Assembly: GCA_026712905.1 (NCBI GenBank)
Contig: JAPOPM010000077.1
Span: forward strand, 1,413-65,412
Source of the DNA: Deltaproteobacteria bacterium
Lineage (GTDB): Bacteria; Desulfobacterota; Binatia; UBA9968; JAJDTQ01
Direction: 5' to 3'
DNA length: 64,000 nt
Under the pieces are notes generated by a model. It was not told the origin of the DNA. It saw nothing but the letters and a program-made list of their open reading frames with translations, and did no database searches. The position numbers and the translations under genes are program-made. Shown piece by piece: positions 7,604 through 16,829 of the stretch (its first letter is position 1; each line of letters starts with the position of its first letter).

Positions 7604-9850
7604 TCATTCCTCGATCTTCGGCGCCAGAACCTCGCGCGGCTTGGCGCCCTCCGCCGGTCCCACCACGCCCTCCCGTTCCATCTTCTCGATCATGCGCGCG
7701 GCGCGGTTGTAGCCCACCCTCAGGCGCCGCTGGACCATGGAGATGGAGGCCTGCCGGGTCTCGGTGACCACCGCCACCGCCTGGTCGTACATCTCGTCGT
7801 AGTCGTCGTCCAGGCCCCCGAGATCGCCGCCCCCTTCCGCGGCCGCCTCGAGGATGTCCGGCCGGTACTCGGGCCTCCCCTGCTGCTTGATGAAGTCCGT
7901 GACCTTGCCGATCTCCCGGTTGGAGACGTAAGGGCCGTGGAGCCGGATCAGGCGCGCGGTGCCGGGCGGCAGGAACAGCAGATCGCCGTTGCCCAGGAGC
8001 TGTTCCGCCCCCTGGCCGTCCAGGATCGTGCGCGAGTCGATGCGCGAGGTCACCTGAAAGGACACCCTGGCGGGGAAGTTGGCCTTGATGAGTCCGGTGA
8101 TCACGTCCACCGAGGGCCGCTGGGTGGCCAGCACCATGTGGATCCCCGCGGCCCGGGCCTTCTGGGCCAGCCGCGTGATGTGCTCCTCGATATCCCGTCC
8201 CACGGACATCATGAGATCCGCCAACTCGTCGATGAGGATCACCACCCGCGGCATGCGCACGTGCACCAGTTCCTCGCGCCCGTCCAGGCGTCCCCCCAAC
8301 TCCTCCTCGGCGGGGTCGGCGGACGCCGGGGCGCGCGGCGGTTCCTTCTCCAGGATGCGGTTGTAGTTGTCGATGTTGCGCGCGCCCTTGTCGCGCATCA
8401 GGCGATAGCGCCGGTCCATCTCCTGCACCGCCCAGAACAAGGCGGCGCGCGCCTCCTTGGGGTCGGTCACCACCGGCGTCAGGAGGTGGGGCAGACCCTC
8501 GTACGGCGTCAACTCGAGCATCTTGGGGTCGATCATGATGAAGCGCACGTCGTCCGGCGTGGCCCGATAGAGGATGCTCAGGATCATCGAATTGAGCGAC
8601 ACCGACTTGCCCGTGCCGGTGGCGCCGGCCACCAGCAGGTGCGGCATGCGCGCGAGGTCGGTGGCGAACGGAGCGCCGGAGACATCCTTGCCCAAGGCCA
8701 GGGGCAGGCTCGCCCCGGAATCGGAGTAGACCGGGTCTTCCAGGATCTCCCGCAGAACGACCGTCTCCCGCCGGGTGTTGGGCACCTCGATTCCGACCAC
8801 GGACTCGCCCGGGATCGGCGCCAGGATGCGGATGCTCACCGCGCTCAGAGCCATGGCGAGGTCGTCCGCCACGCCCACGATGCGGCGCACCATGACGCCG
8901 GGAGCGGGGCGGAACTCGTACACCGTGATGACCGGTCCGGGCCGCGCCGCCAGCACCTCGCCCTCGATGCCGAAGTCCTGAAGCTTCCGCTGCAGCACGA
9001 GACAATTGGCCTCCAGCGAGGCCTTGTCCACGCCGGCCTTGTCCATGGGAGGCGAATCGAGGAACGCCATCGGCGGCAAGGTGTAACCGTTGCCGAGTTC
9101 CGGGAAGACGAACTGTTCGGGCTCCCGCCTGGGCCTGGGTTTGGCCTTGGCCTTCTTCCTGCGTGCCTTGGGCTCCTCCGGCGCCTCCTGCTCGATGACC
9201 TCGTCAAGGATGATCGGCGGCGGCTCGAAGTCCTTGTGCTCCTTCTTGACGTTGACGGGGGCCTCCCGTCCCGGTTTCAGCCGCCGCGCGGAAGCCGCGG
9301 CCGCGCCCATCGAAGAGCGAAGCTGGCCTTGTGCACCCGCGACACGACCCCACCAGTTCAACATGGACGTCTGGGACAGCAGCATGCCCGCGAGCAAGAA
9401 CAGGAACACCGTGATCGCACACGTCCCGGCGTAGCCGAACATCTCCGTGAGCAACGCCCGCGAGAAGCCCCCCAGGGCGCCGCCGCCGTCCCGCGCCAGC
9501 TCCACCTCGTGCACGAGGCTGATCAGGATCGCCACGCCCCATAGCAGCACGCCGCTGCCGAAGAGCTGGAGGAGCCGCAACCTGCGCGGTTCTCGGCGAA
9601 ACAGGCGCAGGGCCATCCACACCAGCAGCAGCGGCACCAGGTAGGCGGTGAGGCCGAAACCCTGGAGCAGCGCATCCGCCAGGTAGGCACCCACCACGCC
9701 CCCAAGGTTGAGGGTATCCTGCGAACCCGACGGGACGTTGAAGGAACGGTCCAGGGGGCTGTAGGAAGCGAGGCTCAGAACCGCGAAGCACGCGCCCACC
9801 AGCGCCACCGCGCCCCACAGTTCACGATTGATTCGAGTGCCGTTCTCCAT
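7604..9850 (-). CDS. ftsK: DNA translocase FtsK
   Basis: Start MENGTRI.... N-terminal TM helices and a Pro/Lys-rich linker. Motor domain with Walker A (GATGTGKSV), the FtsK alpha/beta blocks and a C-terminal gamma (winged-helix) domain. Confidence 0.9.
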   Translation of the reverse strand: MENGTRINRELWGAVALVGACFAVLSLASYSPLDRSFNVPSGSQDTLNLGGVVGAYLADALLQGFGLTAYLVPLLLVWMALRLFRREPRRLRLLQLFGSGVLLWGVAILISLVHEVELARDGGGALGGFSRALLTEMFGYAGTCAITVFLFLLAGMLLSQTSMLNWWGRVAGAQGQLRSSMGAAAASARRLKPGREAPVNVKKEHKDFEPPPIILDEVIEQEAPEEPKARRKKAKAKPRPRREPEQFVFPELGNGYTLPPMAFLDSPPMDKAGVDKASLEANCLVLQRKLQDFGIEGEVLAARPGPVITVYEFRPAPGVMVRRIVGVADDLAMALSAVSIRILAPIPGESVVGIEVPNTRRETVVLREILEDPVYSDSGASLPLALGKDVSGAPFATDLARMPHLLVAGATGTGKSVSLNSMILSILYRATPDDVRFIMIDPKMLELTPYEGLPHLLTPVVTDPKEARAALFWAVQEMDRRYRLMRDKGARNIDNYNRILEKEPPRAPASADPAEEELGGRLDGREELVHVRMPRVVILIDELADLMMSVGRDIEEHITRLAQKARAAGIHMVLATQRPSVDVITGLIKANFPARVSFQVTSRIDSRTILDGQGAEQLLGNGDLLFLPPGTARLIRLHGPYVSNREIGKVTDFIKQQGRPEYRPDILEAAAEGGGDLGGLDDDYDEMYDQAVAVVTETRQASISMVQRRLRVGYNRAARMIEKMEREGVVGPAEGAKPREVLAPKIEE

Positions 9851-9861
9851 GAGCGCCTCGC

Positions 9862-11517
9862 CTACATCTCCATGATATAGGGCACGATCACCGGCCGGCG
9901 GTGGAGCCGTTTCTCGAAGAACCGCCGCAGCGATCGGCGGATGCCTTCCTTCAACTCCACGGAATCCATGCGCGTCTCGGAACCGCAGCCGTCGAGGTAC
10001 GCCCACAGCGCATCCTTCGCCGTGCCCAGGACGTCTTCCTCTTCCTCCGAACGCATGACGCCGCGCGCCAGGAGGTCCGGCCCCGCGGTCACCTCGCCGG
10101 TGCGCGGGTGCACCGCCATGGCCACCACCACGAGCCCGTCCTCGCTCAAGTGCCGGCGGTCGCGGATGACGATGTCCTCCACGTCGCCGACGCCCTTGCC
10201 GTCCACGAAGACCTTGCCGGTGGACACCGGCTCCACGCGCCAGGCGTCCTCCCCGTCCAGCTCCAGCACGTCGCCGTTCTCCAGCAGAAAGCAGTTGTCG
10301 GCGGGGATGCCCACGGCGCGCGCCAGTTCCACGTGTTTGCAGAGCTGCCGGTACTCCCCGTGCAGGGGCACGAAGTAGCGCGGACGGGTGAGCTGGAGCA
10401 TGGTCTTCAGCTCCTCCTGGCTCGCGTGCCCCGATACGTGGATATCCGACGTGCGTTCGTAGTGGACCTGGGCGCCACCCTTGTAGAGGTGGTTGATGAG
10501 GTTGCTGATGATCTTTTCGTTCCCGGGGATGAACCGCGCCGACAGCACCACCGTGTCGCCCGGGTGCAGCCGGATGGAGCGGTGCTCGTCGAAGGCGATC
10601 CGGTGGAGCACGGAGAGGGGCTCCCCCTGGCTCCCGGTGGTGAGGAAACAGAGCCGGTCGTCGGCCACGTCCCGCCAGCTCTGGCCGTCCGTCATCACGT
10701 CGTGAGGAAGGCGCAGGTAGCCCAGGTCCGAGGCGATGCCCGAGTTGTTGATGATGCTCCGCCCGCTGAGCACCAGCTTGCGCCCGAAATCCGCCGCCAC
10801 CTCCGCCACCTGCTGGATGCGCGGGATGTGCGAGGCGAAAGTGGCGATGAAGACGCGGCCCGGGCTGGACGCGAAGATGCTCCGGAGCCCCTGCCCGACG
10901 CTGCGCTCCGAAGGCGTGGTGCCCCGGCTCTCGACGTTGGTGGAGTCCGACAGCAGCATGAGGACGCCGCGGTCGCCGTAGGCCGCGAAGCGGTGGAAGT
11001 CGAAGTTCTCCCCCGCCACCGGAGTGTTGTCGATCTTGAAATCGCCGCTATGGACGACGATGCCCACCGGCGTCTCGATGGCCAGGGCGACGCAATCCAC
11101 CAGGCTGTGGGTGACCGGAATCCCCTCGATCGTGAAGGGACCCACGGAGAAGCGCTCGCCCGGGACCATCTCCACCAGCTCCGTGGCCTCCTCGAGCCGG
11201 TGCTCGCGCAGCTTGTGACGCACGAAGCCCAGAGTGAGGCGCGTGCCGAAAACCGGCACCGGACAGTGCCGGAGGACGTAGGGCAAGGCGCCGATGTGGT
11301 CCTCGTGGGCGTGGGTGAGGATGATCGCCCGGGGCATCTTGCCCTGCTCCGTGAGGTAGCCGATGTCGGGAATGACGAGGTCGATGCCCAGTTGGTCGGG
11401 GCTCGGGAACATGACGCCGCAGTCCACCACGATGATGTCATCGCCCCATTCGAGCGCCAGCATGTTGCTGCCGAACTCGCCCAGTCCTCCCAGGGGTATG
11501 ATTCTCAAGGAGTCCAT
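9862..11517 (-). CDS. rnj: ribonuclease J (metallo-beta-lactamase / beta-CASP RNase)
   Basis: 551 aa with the HAHEDH metal-binding motif, beta-CASP region and RNase J C-terminal domain. Confidence 0.9.
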   Translation of the reverse strand: MDSLRIIPLGGLGEFGSNMLALEWGDDIIVVDCGVMFPSPDQLGIDLVIPDIGYLTEQGKMPRAIILTHAHEDHIGALPYVLRHCPVPVFGTRLTLGFVRHKLREHRLEEATELVEMVPGERFSVGPFTIEGIPVTHSLVDCVALAIETPVGIVVHSGDFKIDNTPVAGENFDFHRFAAYGDRGVLMLLSDSTNVESRGTTPSERSVGQGLRSIFASSPGRVFIATFASHIPRIQQVAEVAADFGRKLVLSGRSIINNSGIASDLGYLRLPHDVMTDGQSWRDVADDRLCFLTTGSQGEPLSVLHRIAFDEHRSIRLHPGDTVVLSARFIPGNEKIISNLINHLYKGGAQVHYERTSDIHVSGHASQEELKTMLQLTRPRYFVPLHGEYRQLCKHVELARAVGIPADNCFLLENGDVLELDGEDAWRVEPVSTGKVFVDGKGVGDVEDIVIRDRRHLSEDGLVVVAMAVHPRTGEVTAGPDLLARGVMRSEEEEDVLGTAKDALWAYLDGCGSETRMDSVELKEGIRRSLRRFFEKRLHRRPVIVPYIMEM

Positions 11518-12261
11518 TTACTGGGCCTGCCAGGTCCGGCAGCCTTCGGCCGGGTCCGGTTCGTGCCGCGGCGCCAGCCGCGCGGCGATGGCCTCGCGGA
11601 CGCGCTCCATCTGCCCGCGTGAACGGTCGTCATGAGTCTCGGCGGCGATGGCCTCGCCGATGTGGACCTCCACCTGGCCGGACCGGAGGCGCCAATCGCC
11701 CGGCGGCATCAGGACACCCGACCCGATGACGGTGACGGGCACGATGGGCGCGCCGGCCGTCTCTGCCAGGCGGAAGCCGCCGCGCTTGAAGGGCAGCAGC
11801 TCGCCGTCGGTGCTGCGCGTGCCCTCGGGGAACACCACCACGGAGATTCCCCGCGCGAGCTTGTCGCGGGCGTTTTCCATCGCCGCCACCATGTCCTTGG
11901 AGCGGGTGCGCTTGACCAGGACGTGCTTGGACGCCCACAGCGCCCAGCCGAAGAACGGGACGCGCAGCAGCTCGCGCTTCGCCATCCAGCGCAACTGGAT
12001 CGGCGCCAGCGCCTGCACCAGCACCGGAATGTCGATGTTGCTCTGGTGGTTGGCCATGAAGACGTAGGCCCGGGCCGGGTCCAGGTCCCCGGTCCGGCGT
12101 ACCCGTACGGCCACGCCGCCGGTCTTGAGAATGCACCAGGACCAGAAACGGAATAACGGATAGACACGCCTGCCGTAGGGATCGGCGAGTCCGAGGATAA
12201 TGATGGGAATGCTTTCCAGAAGGCTTAGGCCGAGAATCAGGGCCAGCTTGAGCGTGTACAT
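11518..12261 (-). CDS. plsC: 1-acyl-sn-glycerol-3-phosphate acyltransferase
   Basis: 247 aa. N-terminal TM segment, acyltransferase HxxxxD motif (ANHQSNIDI) and FPEGTRS block. Confidence 0.8.
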   Translation of the reverse strand: MYTLKLALILGLSLLESIPIIILGLADPYGRRVYPLFRFWSWCILKTGGVAVRVRRTGDLDPARAYVFMANHQSNIDIPVLVQALAPIQLRWMAKRELLRVPFFGWALWASKHVLVKRTRSKDMVAAMENARDKLARGISVVVFPEGTRSTDGELLPFKRGGFRLAETAGAPIVPVTVIGSGVLMPPGDWRLRSGQVEVHIGEAIAAETHDDRSRGQMERVREAIAARLAPRHEPDPAEGCRTWQAQ

Positions 12262-12368
12262 GCGCTTGAAGGCGAATCCGACGAGCTTGGGAGCGGCCCG
12301 AAGCCCACAGTGCCTTTATTTTAGGGGATACGGCCGGTGAATGCAAAGTTGCCGGCCCGGACACCACG

Positions 12369-13373
12369 CTAGAGTTTGATCTTCTCCGCGTAAAGACCCT
12401 TGACGAAGCCGCCCTTGTCCAGCCGCTTCAGCGTGTCCAGCTCCAGGAAGCGTTGCGGGTCGAGCCGGCGCGCGCGCTCGTCCGTCACCGCCACCGCGTC
12501 GATGAGCGCCTGCACCCCCTCGATGCGCGGGACCGGCAGCGGTTCCAGGCGTTGCGCCAGCGCATTGTACGTGCCCGGGAGGGTCGCGCCCTGGGCCAGG
12601 GTCACGTACTTGTCGATGATGCGCATGGTGTCGGCGCGTTCGGCGAGGAAGTGCTGGATGCCGTTGAGGTAGGCCATGAGGAAACGCCGCAGCTCGTTGG
12701 GGCGGCGCTCGACGAAGGAACGGCTGGTCACCAGCAGGTCGGTGGTCAGGTGGACCTGGCCGAGGTCGAGCACCTTGATGCCCCAGTGCTGGACTTGCGC
12801 CGCCACGCTCCGCACCAGCGGCGCGGCCTGAACGACGTTGCGAAAAAGAGCCGCGGCCCTTTGGGGAGAGAAGCCGATGGGCACCATCTCCACGTCCTCC
12901 ACCGGGTTCAGTCCCGCGCGCCTCAATAGAATCCGCGCGATCAGGTCGGACTTGCGCCCCAGGTTCGACACCGCGACCTTCTTGCCCTTGAGCTGGGCGA
13001 GGTCATCCACGTACGAGGCCACGCCGAAATGGTAGTTCTCGGGACTCGCGTGGCCGCCGACGAACACCAGGTCGGCGCCGCCGCTGATGGCCTCCAGCGT
13101 GGGCATCACGTCCTCGGAGGCCACGAAGATATCCACCCCCAGCAGGCTCTGCACGCCGCCCGCGGTGGCACCGTCGATGTACACGGGATCGATGTCGAGG
13201 CCGTACTTGGCGAAGAGCTCCGTGTCCCGGGCAATCCAGGTGACCACGGTGCCGGCACCGAAGCCGGCGAAGGCCACGCGAACCGTCCTGGAGTCGGCCG
13301 CGGAAGCGACGGAAACGACGGTCAGCACCGCGACGGCCGCTGCCGCAAGCACACTCAGGAATCGACGGAACAT
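12369..13373 (-). CDS. ABC transporter substrate-binding protein, NMT1/SsuA/TauA-like (nitrate/sulfonate/bicarbonate family)
   Basis: 334 aa with signal peptide and type-2 periplasmic binding fold resembling SsuA. No adjacent permease or ATPase. Confidence 0.65.
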   Translation of the reverse strand: MFRRFLSVLAAAAVAVLTVVSVASAADSRTVRVAFAGFGAGTVVTWIARDTELFAKYGLDIDPVYIDGATAGGVQSLLGVDIFVASEDVMPTLEAISGGADLVFVGGHASPENYHFGVASYVDDLAQLKGKKVAVSNLGRKSDLIARILLRRAGLNPVEDVEMVPIGFSPQRAAALFRNVVQAAPLVRSVAAQVQHWGIKVLDLGQVHLTTDLLVTSRSFVERRPNELRRFLMAYLNGIQHFLAERADTMRIIDKYVTLAQGATLPGTYNALAQRLEPLPVPRIEGVQALIDAVAVTDERARRLDPQRFLELDTLKRLDKGGFVKGLYAEKIKL

Positions 13374-13499
13374 GAGCCCCTCCCCGCGGCCGGCAATGAG
13401 CGGAGCACCCGCGCCGTCCGCACCGCCATCCTATAGGCGGAAACGGGCACGGTCAATACGGCCGCCGGGTGCTCGCAAGCCTGTCTGACAGGCAGGAGG

Positions 13500-14405
13500 C
13501 TAGACCCCTTCCGCGAGCATGTCGATGAAGAGCGGGTGATCGTTCACCGCGGGCACCCGATGGTACTCCATGCCCAGATCGAGCGCCTTCCGCCGGGCCT
13601 CCACGTCGAGGTCGTAGAGCACCTCAACGTGGTCGCAGACGAAACCGATGGGCACCACGATCACCGCCTTCTCGCCTGCCCGGGCGAGGTCCTCGATCGA
13701 ATCGCACACGTCGGGTTCGAGCCAGGGATCCCTGGGGTTGCCGCTGCGGCTCTGGTACGCCAGCGCCCAGCGCGCGCTCCCCACGGCCTCGGCCACCCGC
13801 CGCGAGGCGTCGGCGAACTGCTCCACGTAGGGGGAAGCGTCGGCCATGGACCGGGGAATGCTGTGGGCGGTAAACACCAGCGGGGCGCCGCGGGACGCCG
13901 GCGGCAGCCCTTCGAGTGTGGCGGTGACGCGGCCGGCCACCGCGCGAATGAACAGCGGATGGCCGGCCCAGGGTTCGGCGTACTCGACCACGGGAGCCCG
14001 TTGCCCCAGGGCCTCGCGCGCGGCCTCCACGCTGGCGATGTAGCGGTCCCAGGAGGCCTCGGTCCGGAAGGCGGAAAGAACGATGCCGCGCACGCGCCGG
14101 CGACCGTCGGCCGCGAGCGCCTCCAGGGTTTCGTCCAGGAACGGACGCCAGTTGCGCATGCCCACGTACACGGGTGTCGCGCGGCCGTCCCGCTGAAGCC
14201 GCTCGCGCAGCCCTTGCGCCTGGCGGCGCGTCAGGTCGTTCAACGGCGAGCGCCCGCCGATCTGCTCGTAGTGGCGCGCCACCTCTTCGAGGCGCGCCGG
14301 CGGAATGCCCCGCCCCTCGGTCACGCGCTCGAGGAACGGACGGATTTCGTCGGGATTCTCCGGGCCGCCGAAAGCGATCAGCAGGATCGCGTCGAAACGG
14401 TTCAT
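13500..14405 (-). CDS. hemH: ferrochelatase
   Basis: 301 aa. Conserved ferrochelatase blocks (LLIAFGGP, SAHSIP, VCDHVE). Confidence 0.9.
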   Translation of the reverse strand: MNRFDAILLIAFGGPENPDEIRPFLERVTEGRGIPPARLEEVARHYEQIGGRSPLNDLTRRQAQGLRERLQRDGRATPVYVGMRNWRPFLDETLEALAADGRRRVRGIVLSAFRTEASWDRYIASVEAAREALGQRAPVVEYAEPWAGHPLFIRAVAGRVTATLEGLPPASRGAPLVFTAHSIPRSMADASPYVEQFADASRRVAEAVGSARWALAYQSRSGNPRDPWLEPDVCDSIEDLARAGEKAVIVVPIGFVCDHVEVLYDLDVEARRKALDLGMEYHRVPAVNDHPLFIDMLAEGV

Positions 14406-14445
14406 GTCTCCCGGATATTCGTACGGATGAGCCGGAATCCGGCGG

Positions 14446-14793
14446 CTACCACTCGATGCGGATGCAAAGTTCCTCGCCGCGCTCCTCCACCGGCAACACC
14501 GTCAGCGGGTCCGCGCCCTTGGGCAGCACGCACTCCCCCGAGTGGAGGTCGAAACAATAGCCATGGTTGTCGCAGCGCACCTTGCCCGCAAGGATCGGGC
14601 CGTTCATCAGGTCCGCGCTCTCGTGCGGACAGTAGCGCGAGAACGCGAAGTAATCGTTCTCCAGGCGCGTCACCACGAGCGCGCGCCCGTTCAACTCCAC
14701 CGCCTTGCGCTGCCCCGGCTCCAATTCATCCGCGCGCGCCACCGGTATGTAGGTCACTCCCACGCTTTCCTCCCAATCGATCCCGGCTGCCAT
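14446..14793 (-). CDS. Rieske [2Fe-2S] domain protein (NirD-like small subunit)
   Basis: CPH..A.L and C..HG..F Rieske boxes (YCPHESADL / CDNHGYCF). Confidence 0.7.
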   Translation of the reverse strand: MAAGIDWEESVGVTYIPVARADELEPGQRKAVELNGRALVVTRLENDYFAFSRYCPHESADLMNGPILAGKVRCDNHGYCFDLHSGECVLPKGADPLTVLPVEERGEELCIRIEW

Positions 14794-14922
14794 GATGCAC
14801 GCAGGGGCGACCACGCGGCCGCCCCTGCAAGAAACCCAATCGCATCATGAACCGAGTCAAGGCAAACGGTTACGGCCCCTGACGGACCGCTTCCCCATCC
14901 CCCGTTCGTCCCGAGCGTAGCC

Positions 14923-16629
14923 CTACGCGGCCGCCGCCCTGCTGGGCGCGTAACCGCCGCCGCGCAGCACCTGGCCCGGCAGGTCGCCGCTCAGGCGGCC
15001 GTCGTCGTAGATCACGCCGCCGTTGACGATGGTGTAGTGGATGCCGTCGGAACGCTGGATCAGCCGTTTGGTCCCGGCCGGGTAGTCATCGGCCCACTCC
15101 GGCTCGTAGGCGCGCACGGTGTCGGGATCGAACAGGGTGAGATCCGCGGCGTAGCCCGGCCGGATCAGCCCCCGGCCTTCCAGCCCGTAGACGGAGGCCA
15201 CGTGGAAGGTGAGCTTGTGCACCGCCTCTTCCAGCGTCATGATGCCGCGCTCGCGCACCCACAGGCCCAGCAGCGTGGTGCCGTAGCCGAAGTCGGCGCC
15301 GTACATCACGTGGGCGCCGGCGTCCGACGTCCCCACCAGCACATAGGGGCTGCGCAGGATCTCGCCCATGGCCTGGGCATCGCCGCCCGTGTTGGCGTTC
15401 TGGAAGGTGGTGAGCAGCCCCTCGTCCAGCGACAGGTCGAGGAAGGCGTCCACCGGATCCTGGTTGCGCATGGCCGCCATGTCCGCCACGCTCTTGCCCT
15501 CGTAGCGCTTGTTCTCTTCCTTGACCACCTTCTCCACCTGCACGATGTCCCAGCGCCGGTGAAAATTGGTCAGGCGTTTGGTGGCCAGGTCCTCACGCAG
15601 CTTGGCGCGCGTGTCCGGGTCGGCGAAGGCCTGCTGGCGCACCTCCACGGGCAGGAACATGATGTTCTTCCAGGTGGGGAACTCGTCGAAGAGCTGGGCG
15701 TTCTGCAGATTGAAGTGGCGCACCAGCGGCACCGTCTGACTGAGGCCGTAGGCGCGGTAGCCGTCCCGGAAGATGCGCGACACCGCGTCCAACTGCTCCT
15801 GCCAGAGGGTGGGCTCGGCCCAGCGATGGTGCACGCTCTGCCAGATGATCGGGCGCTGCGTCCGGCTCGCCAGATCGTGGTAGATGTCGAAGTGCTCCAT
15901 CTTGTTGCGGCCCAGGATGGTCTCGATGATGCCGCTGTTCATCTTTCCGAGCACGTCGCACAGGGCGTAGAGCTCCTCGTCGTCCGCCAGCCGGCTCGCC
16001 ACGGGCTTGCCGTCCTCGCGCATGTGCCGCTCGTTGCGGTTGGTGGAGAACCCGAGCGCGCCCGCCTCCATGGCCCCGCGCACGAGGCCCTTCATCGTCT
16101 TCACCTCGCCGGCCGTGGCCTTGCGCTCCACCGATTCCTCGCCCATGACGTTCTGCCGCACCGCGATGTGCCCCACCAGGCCGCCGGCGTTGATGCCGAG
16201 CTTGCCCTCCAGGGAATCGAGGTATTCGCCGTAGCTGTGCCAGCCCCAGGTCACGCCCTTCTCCAGGGCGAAGCGCGGGATCGCCTCCACGCGCACGAAG
16301 CTCTTCACCAGGGCCTCCTCGCCGCCGTCGCTCACCGGCGCCAGCGCCAGCCCGCAGTTGCCCATGACGATGGAGGTGATGCCGTGCTGCGGCTCGGAAG
16401 TGCCGTAGGGATCCCAGAGGATCTGCGCGTCCATGTGCGTGTGGTGGTCGATGAAACCCGGCGCCACCACCAGCCCGCTGGCGTCGATGGTCCTGTTCGC
16501 CGAGCCGCCGAGGCGGCCCACCCCGACGATCTTGCCGTTTTTCACGCCCACGTCCGCCGTATGGGACGGCAGCCCGGAACCGTCGGCCACGCGCCCGCCG
16601 CGTATCAGCAGATCATATTCCATGGACAA
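14923..16629 (-). CDS. N-acyl-D-amino-acid deacylase (D-aminoacylase), amidohydrolase superfamily
   Basis: 568 aa. HTHMD metal motif and the D-aminoacylase family N- and C-terminal beta-sandwich. Confidence 0.8.
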   Translation of the reverse strand: MSMEYDLLIRGGRVADGSGLPSHTADVGVKNGKIVGVGRLGGSANRTIDASGLVVAPGFIDHHTHMDAQILWDPYGTSEPQHGITSIVMGNCGLALAPVSDGGEEALVKSFVRVEAIPRFALEKGVTWGWHSYGEYLDSLEGKLGINAGGLVGHIAVRQNVMGEESVERKATAGEVKTMKGLVRGAMEAGALGFSTNRNERHMREDGKPVASRLADDEELYALCDVLGKMNSGIIETILGRNKMEHFDIYHDLASRTQRPIIWQSVHHRWAEPTLWQEQLDAVSRIFRDGYRAYGLSQTVPLVRHFNLQNAQLFDEFPTWKNIMFLPVEVRQQAFADPDTRAKLREDLATKRLTNFHRRWDIVQVEKVVKEENKRYEGKSVADMAAMRNQDPVDAFLDLSLDEGLLTTFQNANTGGDAQAMGEILRSPYVLVGTSDAGAHVMYGADFGYGTTLLGLWVRERGIMTLEEAVHKLTFHVASVYGLEGRGLIRPGYAADLTLFDPDTVRAYEPEWADDYPAGTKRLIQRSDGIHYTIVNGGVIYDDGRLSGDLPGQVLRGGGYAPSRAAAA

Positions 16630-16829
16630 GTCCTCCTTCGTCGCAACGTCTGGACATCAGCGAACGGAACCTCCGCGGAGGCCGAACCGCCTTGGCGGAG
16701 CATATTGAATCGCGGGGGGTTGTGCAACACGTTGCGTCATTGCCCTTTTCGGATCAATCGGCCACACTTTCCAGCCGGAGTCGCCGACCTCGATACCCAC
16801 TCAACCGGCGAAAACGAACAGGAGCAACC